Positions 53,710 to 64,000 of a DNA stretch of 64,000 nt are shown in pieces (the first letter of the stretch is position 1; each line of letters opens with the position of its first letter). Where the stretch lies: the NCBI GenBank assembly GCA_013265495.1, contig MU058337.1, positions 4,692,716-4,756,715 on the forward strand, read 5' to 3'. Source of the stretch: Vicugna vicugna. Lineage: Eukaryota. The notes under the pieces are model-generated. The model saw only the letters and a program-made list of their open reading frames with translations, had not been told where the DNA came from and did not search any database. A program made the translations under genes and the position numbers.

Positions 53710-53820
53710 TTTTTAAAATTATTTTTATTTTTCCCCCTAATGTAGGCACTGGGGATTGAACCCAGGATCTCAGGGTTGCCAAGCACATGCTCTATGACTG
53801 AGCTATACCTCCCATGCTCC
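53710..53820 (-). mobile_element. tRNA-derived SINE (camelid Vic-1-like)
   Basis: Minus strand GGTATAGCTCAGTCATAGAG (A box) and GGTTCAATCC (B box) with an A-rich tail. Confidence 0.9.
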
Positions 53821-55569
53821 TTAGATAGCACTTCTTAAACTGAAAGTATTCATGGGTTTACTAGCTGTTCTTCCATTTGCTCTAAAAGCCCCTTCATCGC
53901 AGAATTTTGACACTACTTGACTCATATTTATAAGCTTGGTGCCTACGATGGGGTCTATCACAGCAGGAGCCTAATTTAAATGTCCTTCCTCTGTGGGAGA
54001 GGACAGCAAAATTCCTTATCTGCTAAAACATGGCATATTACACAAGATTTCGCACTTGGTGTATAATATCTCCTTCTTAGAGGATAATTTATAAACTTCA
54101 AGTAGAATGAGTTTAATACCCATAAACTCTCCAGATGCTTGTATTTGTCATCACAGATATAATTTATCTGTGAAAGGTCATTTCTTGGAATTGAGCAGAA
54201 AACATTTAAAAGTGTTTACATTTGTTGGGAGTTGTATCTGTGTGTTTGGCACTTGATCAGCTTTTTTTTTTTTTTAAAAAAAGAAAATCAAATGTTTCAC
54301 ATATTTGGGGAAACGCTTATGACTCCCTTTACATGATATATGCGGATGTGCATTAACAGCATAGATGTTTATTTAGAGGCATTTTCAAAGCACATATGTT
54401 TCTCTAAAAATTAGAAATATCATTTATTTTGTCCTTATTGTCTATACCACTAACCTACATACAAATGAAAGAGACACTGCTAACCACTGCTGCTGACCAG
54501 AGGAGAAGTACCCAGCCTCGCAGCATCGTCCCAGCAGTCTTTACTGAACACACAATAGAGACAAGTTGGGCACCTCCTCCCACACAAGGCTGGGGCACAA
54601 ACACGGTTCATGTAGGGGCACACTTTTGGCAGCTTTTCACCCACAAGAGAAACCCAAGGAACCATACTATGACTTCCCTGGTGATTGAATGTCTCTGTTA
54701 TTTCCATTTTTCAATCCAAGTTCACCCTCAATTAATAGATAACAGAGTCTCATGTTATACTGGAAGATGCCAGCAACTGTATGGATTATATCTGAAGATC
54801 AGGGCACCTGCCCAGTAATGTATGTGGTATTACTAATACTATAAACTTGATAAACTCTTTTGGTTCCAGCCTTTGGGATACTTTTAATGATGCAAAGTAC
54901 TCATTTGCAAGACTAGATATTAGCCTTTATCTCTTTGCATTTTATATAAAAGAATGGATTTTTTTATGTAATGTTCATTTATAATAATTGCTTTGGAAAT
55001 TTGCTCCATGGGCTTCATAATGCCAAAGACCAGAATAGCTCATGGGTGCTTTAGCCAAAAATCTGTTTTTCCAAAAGCCTTTTTTCAATTGCTTTCCAGT
55101 AAATGCATTCCTGTGATCCATTCTTATAATTTATCACAAAAATGCCTAAAATAGCAAGCTTTGTTCAGCTCCTGACCAAGAGAGTCTGCATTTGCTGAAA
55201 CTTCAGTTGCCATTTAGAACAGCACTGTTTGAAAAGCTGAAACGTGCTACTAACTAGCTTTCTCTTGGCTCCAAGTTAGGGAACCTGCAGCTGACTCTAA
55301 TCCCTCCTGTCAGTATCTCTTAAAAGCCAAGAGGTAACACATCTAAGAATGCTTGTAACTACGGTGTCTTGCGCGTGTCAGATTTTCATTGTTCCATGTA
55401 GCTTTTACATTTAGATTCTAAGTTACAATGTAAAATTAATAAATCAGAAATTACTTATGGAGCTATTCTTGAATCACTACACATTATCTTCAGGATGAAG
55501 GGAAAAGGCAATATTATTATTATTTTTCTTGATAAAGAGATTAAAATGAATGTCCAGAGTGAGCAATAG

Positions 55570-55680
55570 CATCCACTCATTCATTCATGCTCAGAACATT
55601 TCTGTAGTATCTTCCAGGAGCACCTTGCTGGGGGTACAGTGATTAACTAAAGGCCTAGTAGAGCGTGCAATCTGACTGAG
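55570..55680 (-). mobile_element. L2 3' end
   Basis: cactcattcattcatg...tgctgggggtacagtgat. Confidence 0.6.
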
Positions 55681-57069
55681 GGATTCTTAAATTTCTATTA
55701 TCTGTATTCTTTTGGGGGGATAATATGATTAATGGAAAGTTGGTTGCATAAAATCTTGATATTTACAATTAAAATATCATTAAATAAACAAGACTTCCCA
55801 AGAAGCTCTCCACAATAGTTTTCCTTTATTTGTGAAGACAAGATTACATCGACTGCTTAGCTGTTGTCTGTCCTGCGTAAGCCTTTGCTCCGTGGAAGGG
55901 CGTGTTTGCTGCTTTCCCATCTCTAGCCAGAGCGACCCTGGGGATACGGTGGTGACCTGAAAGGCACAGTTATATGAGTGGTAGCTGGAACAGCAGGCTT
56001 AATTTCCCTTCGAGAATGGTGTCGAGTGAGGAAAACCTTCCACAAAACATAGACGTGGAGTTCTGGTAGGTGCCCTACCTTTCCTCCTTTCTGCCCTCTT
56101 AATTTATTTTAATTTTTTCCTTTGCTCGTTTATTCATTCTTGCAAAACATTTATTTAATGTCTAATAAGTTGTCAAAGACATTTTTGCCATAGTTATCCA
56201 GGTGAATTTTACAAGGAATAGTTTTTACTACTTTCTACCTTCCTCCATCCTCTTCTTTCTCCTGGGACTATCCTTTGTCTATTTTCCTCCCGTTTTTCTC
56301 CGTATTGATTTTAACTATCAGTATTGCTTTTAATATCTTCCAAGCAGACATGCATGCATGATTTGATGTGGTTTTGAAGACTGTCCAACCGAAGCATGGA
56401 GGTTTAGTTTTGAGTGCCTCTTTTGAGTCATAATTCAACATCCTTTGGGCTAAATCTGGGTGTAAAGGTTGGAAGAGGATCTTTGCCAGTTGTTTTACTA
56501 CCTTACAGCTACTGGTTTTTTTTTTTGCCACCAAAAGTAGATGCACACTGTAGTGTTCACACCCCACAAATCACACCTGTGCCCAACAGGGAATATTCGT
56601 GGCGTCTTCTCTGCCTTTCAGCCTTCAGGCTTCTTCTCCAAGCCTCGCCATCCCTGAAGTTCTCCTCTCTCCTATTCTAGCGACTTGGGGGTTGTTGATC
56701 TTGAGGGGATCGCAGTGTTTCTAATGAAAGGAAACTCCCTTCTCCACGGGGTATGTTTACATCTTCCCAAAGCCAGATGAGAGGGGTTCCAAGGGGAGCC
56801 CTTGTGAAGTATAGGACGTCTGCCAAAAAGGAGAGAGGATATTGCCTTCTCTAGCTGGACATCAGTGAAAGTGGAGACTTCCTCACATAATTCTAGATCT
56901 GCCTGAGATGCACAGTGGGGAAGGAGAGCCGCCTGCTGCTTTTCCAGGAGCTAAACTGGATGCTGCAGGGGGTGGCTAAGTGTGAGCCATCTTGCTGTGA
57001 CAATATGTAGGGCACTGTCCCTGGGAGAAGAGACCGCAGCATCAAGGACAATGGGTGGACAAAGCCTTA

Positions 57070-57260
57070 GTAGACATTCAGTCAATATTGACTGCATATT
57101 GCAATGGGTACTTAATCAATCAAATGCATATTAAATTCTCTTGTGGGTCAGGTGCCATGTGGGGTGTCTGGTGTACAAAAGGCAAGACCTCATAAAGCAA
57201 TAAGCTACAATAATCATGCTACAATCTGATGCGTGCAATAACAGAGAAGTGAACAGATAG
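57070..57260 (-). mobile_element. L2 3' end fragments
   Basis: cattcagtcaatattgactgc and aatcaaatgcatattaaat...tcaggtgccatg. Confidence 0.5.
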
Positions 57261-57929
57261 CCACATCTCTGATTTTACTGCCGATACATCTTCTGAACAT
57301 AAAGCTCTAAAATTCCATTGTAGGCATGGTTTTCTGCAAACCCATTTAAAAATAATGGAGAAGAGTTATAATTTTCATTTGGGAACGGTCTAAGCTACAA
57401 TTAATGAGGAATTATACCACCCACCCCTCAATTCTGTACTCTGTACTGATGTTCAGTTCTTCCTGCCTCCCCTCCTCCCCATTTGGAGAAAACCTATTTC
57501 TCCTCTGAGGCCCAGCTAAGATGCCCAAACCATGAAGTGTTCTTTGATGATGTCAGATTCAATTAATATCTTCTTTTTTACCTTTGGAGTACTTGTTCAG
57601 ATCACTAATTATTACATTTGTCACATTCTATTAAAGCTACTTTTTTGTATGTACATGTGAAAATATATTTGCGAACTTCTTTCATTTTGCTCATAATGGG
57701 AAATATTATGATTTTGATTGATATTAAATGGCTTACAGTAGTTTCCCCGGTCTACTGTGACTCACAGTATACAAGTTCTAAATCAGTTTGTAAATCCCCA
57801 AATCCAGCTGGGGATCCTGGCAGTGGAGCCACTGTTTGATCTCAGGGATTTCGCTCTCTTTGTCTTCTTGGCATCCTTCGCGGCCGCCAGCCCGCACAGG
57901 AGCTAAAGGCCGGGGGGCGAGGCAGTATA

Positions 57930-58100
57930 ACACCCTGCCGTGCCTGTTACCTCTTTAAACGCCGGTTTCGTTTCCTCAGAACTGGAGCAGGGACAAGACA
58001 GTGCCCACCTCACACGGCAGCTGGGAGGACTGGGTGAGGCGGTGCTTATGGACTCTTAGCACAGCGCCTGGGCGTTGTGAGAAGTTACCAAGTAGTAGGT
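57930..58100 (+). mobile_element. MIR SINE
   Basis: ggtttcgtttcctcagaactgg...cccacctcacacggcagctgggaggactgggtgag...cttagcacagcgcctgg. Confidence 0.7.
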
Positions 58101-58554
58101 TTCACCATTCCTTTTAAGGCTGTTGATGATTCCTCCTGCTCTCTCATTTTCTGAGATTAGATGGCTTTCCAACTAAAGAACGGAGAACTAGTTTCCCAGA
58201 TGTGCTTGGTGTGCAAGCTTGTGTTCACGTCCCTTTCCCCACCTCCCAGCTCCCTCAGTGGAATAAAAAAATGGAAGCCATTCCAGGATTGAAAACTCTC
58301 GTTCCCAGAGGGGTAGCTGGGTTCCTTAGAAGAGTACCAAATACTCCTGGGGTTCTATTTTGAAACCACAAGCCTCATTCAGAGTTTAGCCTACATTTGG
58401 TGCTGGCTAATGCTTGAAGTCTAGCAGTATGAGCTTAACTCCTTGAGACGGAATTTGTCTTCAAGAAAATGAGTAGCAAGCTGTAGGAAATGTTATTTAC
58501 TTTTCTCCAGAAATACTTAACTAGCCAAAATTCTTCTCAAGATGATGACAGTTT

Positions 58555-58745
58555 ATATTAGCATTTCACATACTGTGCCTCACTTGTTCCGTACAAAACC
58601 TGTAAAATCAGCAGAACTGAGATGGTTAACCACCTGTTGACCCCAGGGAAAGTCCCCCTTGAAGAGGCTGGCAATTTGCCCAAGGGCGTGCAAGAAGCAA
58701 ATGACAGATCTGGGTATATAATCCAGACTTTATGACCCACGAATA
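58555..58745 (-). mobile_element. MIR SINE
   Basis: gcatttcacatac...cctcacttgttcc...gcaatttgcccaaggg...ccagactttatgacc. Confidence 0.6.
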
Positions 58746-59483
58746 CGGTTTCTTCTGTTTCTAGAATGTGCTGTCATTGTGTAGATCAATCATGATCATC
58801 CTTTCTCAGAGAAAATGTACATGTCTATCTGGGGGGAGCTACGTATGAAATTCTAGCTCTTTTCATTCTCCATCAACAAAGCAGCACTCACCTCGGCAGT
58901 GCCCTTCTCTGTGATGCTCTTTCTCTTCCCGCCTCTCTCAAAATTTGAGAAAATGTCAGGTATGTTTAGAAAGGCTTTGTCTTATTTGAGATATTTCTGA
59001 ATTCAGCTAATCACTTCATTATTTCAGAGAACCTCAGGTTAATGTACCTGGAAACAAAGCGAGCAGGGAGCTCTCTGCTCACAGCAGCTCCCACGGAAGC
59101 TGTGCACCGCCTGACGTTCGCAAGGACCTGGGGCCGCCACGGGGTGGGTGTGGGAGGAGGGTGAAGTCACGCAGAAAGTCAAAAAGTGGTTTCCCAAGCA
59201 GCCAAAAACAGACCTCTTGAACAACCCCCTCACATCTTTTAAAATGAAATGTTCAGCAGAACTTGAAACATTAGTAGATTAGCATGTCAATACAGTTTCC
59301 ACATCACTGCGCAAAGCTAAGCTCTAAGAATAAAATGCACTGTTTAGGTATATTTTAACAGATTAAAAAAATTATAGGTAAAAGCAGAACATCATAACTC
59401 TAAAAAGATCTTTCTATTTTGGAATGGAGTTTTAGCTATTCATGGAACTCAGATCTGAGCTCTAAAAAATTTCCTGACACCAG

Positions 59484-59864
59484 TGTTATGGGCTGAATTG
59501 TGTTGTCCCGCAATTCTTATGTTGAATTCCTAAATCCCAGGGCCTCAGAATGTGATTGTATTTGGAAGAAATTTCTTTAGAGAGGAAATTAGGGTAAAAT
59601 AAGGCCATTGCGGAGGATCCTAAACCAATATGAATGTTGTCCTTATTAAGACGAGGAGATAAAGGAACCGACACACAGAAGGGAGATGTTGTGAAGACAC
59701 AAGGAGAAGACGGCTGTCTTCAAGTCAGGAGAGAGGCCTCAGAAGAAACCAACCCTGCTGACACCTTGATCTCAGATTTCTAGCCTCTTGATTTTGAGAA
59801 AATAAATTCCTGTCATTTAAACTTGTGGTACTTTATTGTGGCAAACCAGGACAACTAGTGAGCA
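59484..59864 (+). mobile_element. MLT1B-like MaLR solo LTR
   Basis: tgttatgggctgaattgtg...cagaatgtgattgtatttgga...gagaggcctcagaagaaaccaaccctgctgacaccttgatctcaga...aataaattcctg. Confidence 0.9.
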
Positions 59865-60870
59865 GAGCTTAGGAGTTTTGCCACGTCTGAAATTTCCCAT
59901 GAAATGATGATGAGAGGTTGTCAACAGTAACGTCAACCTAGCTTTGATGAAAAACCAACCATTTTTGTTTTCTGGGGTTAGAAAACCAGCATTTGTGTCC
60001 TTGGGCGTGGAGTGTAATAAATAGTACGTTGTAAATGTCCACACTGTAGTGCTTTGTGTTGGGCAGTGTGCAGAAGTAGCCACTGGGGAATCAGAATTTG
60101 CTTAAAGACCCTGTGGGCAGCATGGACTTAATCTTCTTGGAAGTTTTCTCATTAGTGAAATGGGCTGATTAATGTATTGTAAGATTGTTGTGAGAAATAA
60201 GTGAGCCTATAGTGGCTATGAAAATCTGCACCGTGTAAATGATAGTTATATAAATGTAAATGTTATATAACTGTTATATAATAAAGTGAGTCATTATTTC
60301 ACGTGGACCCTTTAGTTGAAGGAAAAAGTAAAACTGCAGGCATTTTAAGCTCAGCTCATCTTCAGCATGTGATTAACATGAGTATGGATGTTAAATTCCT
60401 TCATCTTGTCTTTGACTTTTCAAATGAGGCTTAAGAAGATGGCGGAAGGGTCCCAGGAAAGGTCCGAGAACATGGGGTTAACTGCCTTGCCCTGGATGAG
60501 CTGCCCCCCATCACGTAATCAACATGGTCAGAGCTGCCGCTTTCTTTTGGGTTTAGAGACTGACCCATGACTTACAGCTCACTACGGTGGCAAAGAATCA
60601 AAGAGCTTGGCAGTTAACCTCAGGATGACCTGTTGCTTGGTGCTCTATCATAATGAAACCTCAAAAGTCACCAACCTCAAAGCATCTCTTTCTCTGCATC
60701 ACCACAGAGTAGGGAAAAAATTTTAACTGATATGAGTTTATAAAATGCAAAAGCACTCAGCTAATAAAAAAGTATAAGGCCCTCAATTCTGTCACCTAGT
60801 GCTGCGAATGTACCCTTCCCCCTTACGTTCTCAACAAAGTCTTCCCTTCGTTAAACTGAAAACGTCAGTT

Positions 60871-61091
60871 AGGCAGTTTCTCAGCCTCGACACGACTGGC
60901 ATTGGCAGCTGTATAACTATTTGTGGTGGGGTCTCTCCGGTGCTTTGCAGGATGTTTAGCAGCGTCCCTGGTCTCTACCTACACAGTGCCACAGTGGCAA
61001 GGCCCCTCCCCTTGTTGTGATAGCCAGAAATGTCTTCAGACACTGCCCCATGTCCTCTGGGTGGGAAATTGCCTGTCACTGGGGACCACTG
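60871..61091 (-). mobile_element. MER20
   Basis: gtttctcagcctcgacac...tgcaggatgtttagcagcgtccctggtctctac...aaatgtcttcagacactgcc...gaccactg. Confidence 0.88.
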
Positions 61092-61949
61092 GTTTAGAAT
61101 GATGCTTGGAAATTCTCAGAAAAGAATGCGAGAATGAGATGAGCAGGCTGATGCCTAGAAGAGAAGAAACTCTGCCTGTCAGTCCTCCTCCCCACTCAGT
61201 GCTGTCACTCTTCCTGACTGCCTTGCTCCTTGACTTGTCACATTTAAGGGTGGCAAGAGGGACGGAGGATGAGGGAGCAAGTCTGACCACAGAGTGTGGA
61301 GGGAGACTTGTGATCTGGAAGAATATGCATGAGAAGGGTGGGCCCAGGGAGAACCCAGAGCCTTAGCGCCAAGTGATGGAACAACTTCCGTTACATCGTG
61401 AGTCTTTCCATTAAGTCCTTGTAGCAGTTCTTCCGGGGAGGTACTACCTTCCCCACTTCATGTCGCAGTCTTTACTGCTGCTGTTTGAAAAGCAAACGTG
61501 CTCGAGAGAGAAGAGACAATTAGGACACCATAAGAATGTAGACCATCCAGCCACACCGCTGCCTCCACTGAGGAGCCCTGGGAGGTTCCGTGATGCTAAG
61601 GGACTTGCTTGTAGCCACCCAGATGGTTGACCCAGGACCAGAACAAAATTCTCCTTGCCCTGGACAGTGCTCTTGCCAACGTCTGCTGCTGCTTAAACCA
61701 GGGTAGCATTTTCCCATCAAGTCACGTTGTGAGATATGCCAGTGAATATGTCTTAATGAGACTGGTTCCTTTACGTGTATGCATCTGATGAGTTTTGTAT
61801 CTGAGTTGGTTTACAAACTCCTCAATGAAAAGTCCTACACTTTTTATCATGACCAAGTGGAGGCTGTAGAACAGGGGTCTGGGATGTTCTGTTATCCTCA
61901 GTGAAGGGAAGAGGAACCAGCGGATCAGAGTAGAGTTCCCTTTATTACT

Positions 61950-62180
61950 CCACTCCTCACCTGGGCTTACAAGGCCTCCCCAGACCTGACCAAGGCTGCT
62001 ATTAGGGTCTTATCTCCATCTGTCTACCTGGCCCTGCCTGGCCAATGTGCCTTTGTCCTTGTCATTACACCCAATCCCATATCCCTGCTCCCTCCGTCAA
62101 TCAGATGAGAGGCTCCCTTCAAACACATGTCAAATCTAATCTCCTCCTGGAGCATGTCGTGCCCTCCTGACACCCACATG
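61950..62180 (+). mobile_element. L2 fragment
   Basis: ctcctcacctgggcttacaaggcctccccagacctg...aaatctaatctcctcctggag. Confidence 0.6.
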
Positions 62181-62414
62181 ATGCTGCATCTTGAGTTTCT
62201 GCGTTAGCGTTTCCCGGAGTGTGCTCTGCGGAACCCCAGGATGGAGAGACGCTCTCTGATGTAGTGCGTACCTTGGCATGAGTGTGCATATCTGTCTGCA
62301 GTCTCTCTTTCACAGAGTTCCATCTGTAGTTGTGCAGCAAAAGCTTTAATAAGTGCTATGTACAGAGCTGTCTTTGACTTGCTTTATCTAATCCTCTCAG
62401 ACTTAGTTGCCATC

Positions 62415-62954
62415 TATATTAGTCCAGTCTCCATAGGGATAGAATCATTTAGCTAGCTAGCTAGCTATCTGTCTATCTATAGATACATGAGGAGACATTA
62501 TGGGAGTTGGCTTAGGTGAATATGGAGGCTAAGAAATCCCGCCCTAAGCTGGAGAATGAGGAAAGCTGGTGGTATACTTCAGTCTGAGTCCAAAGATCTG
62601 AGAACCAGGGAAGCCAATGATGTGGGACGGGGAGGGTGGTTGGGGTCGCTCTTGGTGTAAGTCCTGGAGTCTGTAAGGCCTGAGAACCAGCAACTCTGAT
62701 GTCCAGGAGAAGAAGGATGTCCCAGTTCAAAAAGAGAGAATTGTCCCTCCCTCTGCCTTTCTGTTCTGTTCAAGGCCTCCAGTGGATTGGGTGATGCCCA
62801 CACTGGTGAGGGCGGAAGGCTTTACTCAGTCTGCCAATTCAAATGCTAGTCTCTTCCAGGAGCACCCTCACAGGCTCACCGAGAGAGGATGTTTTATCTG
62901 CTCTCTGGGCATTTCTTAGCCCAGTCAAGTTCACACATAAAATTAACAATCACA
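62415..62954 (-). mobile_element. MLT2B-like ERVL solo LTR with internal (TAGC)/(TATC) microsatellite
   Basis: tcagtctgagtccaaagatctgagaaccaggg...ggattgggtgatgcccacactggtgagggc...cccagtcaagttcacacataaaattaacaatcaca. Confidence 0.9.
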
Positions 62955-63565
62955 ATTTTTTTTAACATACTATCTATTAGTTGTTAAAGAACTAGTGTTT
63001 CTTAGAATCCACCATAGGAGACGTCATTTAATATCAATGAATGTTTCAAACATTTATCTGGGAATTAATTATTTTAATTAATGTCATGCTGCCTTAGACA
63101 TTTCTATTTTGACTAAATTACATTCTTTTAAGTGGTAAGATAATCCAAGCACAGCACCTAGCACATAGCCTGACACATAATAGGTTCTCGATAAATGTGA
63201 GCTATTCTTAGTAAAAAGCTGCAGTTTTCAGTATCTCCATGATCAATCTCCCACATCCCAATATACATAAGAGTGTGTGTGGGGGCAATGACACTGCAGC
63301 ACACTTGAGTATAAGACTTTAGAAAGTGACTGGACAGGAGGTAAATGGTAAAACTTTCATGTTCAATGTAGGGATTGTTGACACATTATCAATTATAGCC
63401 TTGGAGGCACTATGCTTGGGAAAACATTTAAATTCAGATTTATTAAATAAAGATTTTGCTAAAAATCACATAAATCCCCAGTATGGGTGAATTGCTGCAT
63501 TTTGGGCATTTGCCAAATTCTGAAGACTATACTGTGTGTGTGCACGGCAGCTCTTTAAAAACATG

Positions 63566-63696
63566 GCCGAGCAAACAGGATGGACTAAAACCTGAACACT
63601 TTTTTCCCTTAAAATTAACAAGAAAATAATAGCCTAGCATACAGGATGAACTAAAGCCTGCACGCTTTTTTTTCTGAAAATTAACAATAGAATAAT
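63566..63696. repeat. Imperfect 66-bp tandem duplication
   Basis: gccgagcaaacaggatggactaaaacctg...aaaattaacaagaaaataat versus gcctagcatacaggatgaactaaagcctg...aaaattaacaatagaataat. Confidence 0.85.
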
Positions 63697-64000
63697 CTTT
63701 GGCTTCTGAAAGCTTTTCAGTAGGGCAAGTACCAGATTAACGAGAGAAAGGCAAATGAAGTGAAGTTAGACTTCTCTACTCCTTTTCAGCCTCTTTCTAA
63801 CCCCTCCCCTTCCAGGGAACCAGGCAGACCGGCCACCCTGGGCCCCATGGACTCTGGGCTCCTCTGCTGGAATATTTGCATTTTCAGAAGTTTAGATAGG
63901 TAGACCAATGATTAGTGCAAAAGAACGACACTTTGAATGATAATATTTTTGACATGTACAGGAGGGGTGGCTTTTAAAAGTTATCTGTTTGGTAATCTTT

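Noticed and set aside
57870..57960. CpG island / promoter
   Set aside because: It is under 100 bp, adjoins a MIR, and is far below island length.
386..60293. Scattered AP-1 sites (TGAGTCA/TGACTCA)
   Set aside because: They are dispersed and not clearly above chance frequency for a 7-mer in 64 kb.
1..64000. The short six-frame ORFs (60-151 aa) as protein-coding genes
   Set aside because: Their lengths are at chance level, many start at non-ATG codons or lie in repeats, and none resembles a cellular protein I recognise.
1..64000. Novel multi-gene or defence-type system
   Set aside because: There is no operon-like structure, long ORF, endogenous viral coding region or repeat array; the content is explained by intron, repeats and short leader exons.

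Overview
This is mammalian genomic DNA, most likely a camelid judging by its tRNA-derived SINEs. It is moderately AT-rich and repeat-laden and has no credible protein-coding exon. It reads as intronic sequence of a large + strand gene. Three short non-coding exon candidates sit at about 690-740, 6584-6744 and 36770/36791-36877. Their spacing and sequence resemble what I recall of the 5'UTR exons 4-6 of sphingomyelin synthase 1 (SGMS1); this is a tentative identification from memory and needs BLAST. The rest is L1, L2, CR1/L3, MIR, MaLR/ERVL LTRs, hAT and Tigger DNA transposon relics, two young SINEs with target-site duplications, and a few unique enhancer-like blocks. I found no evidence of a novel multi-gene system. 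The most notable items are a splice-dependent uORF arrangement in the leader exons, stacked and nested transposon insertions, and small templated duplications. Repeat family names come from remembered consensus sequences, and boundaries of old repeats are approximate.
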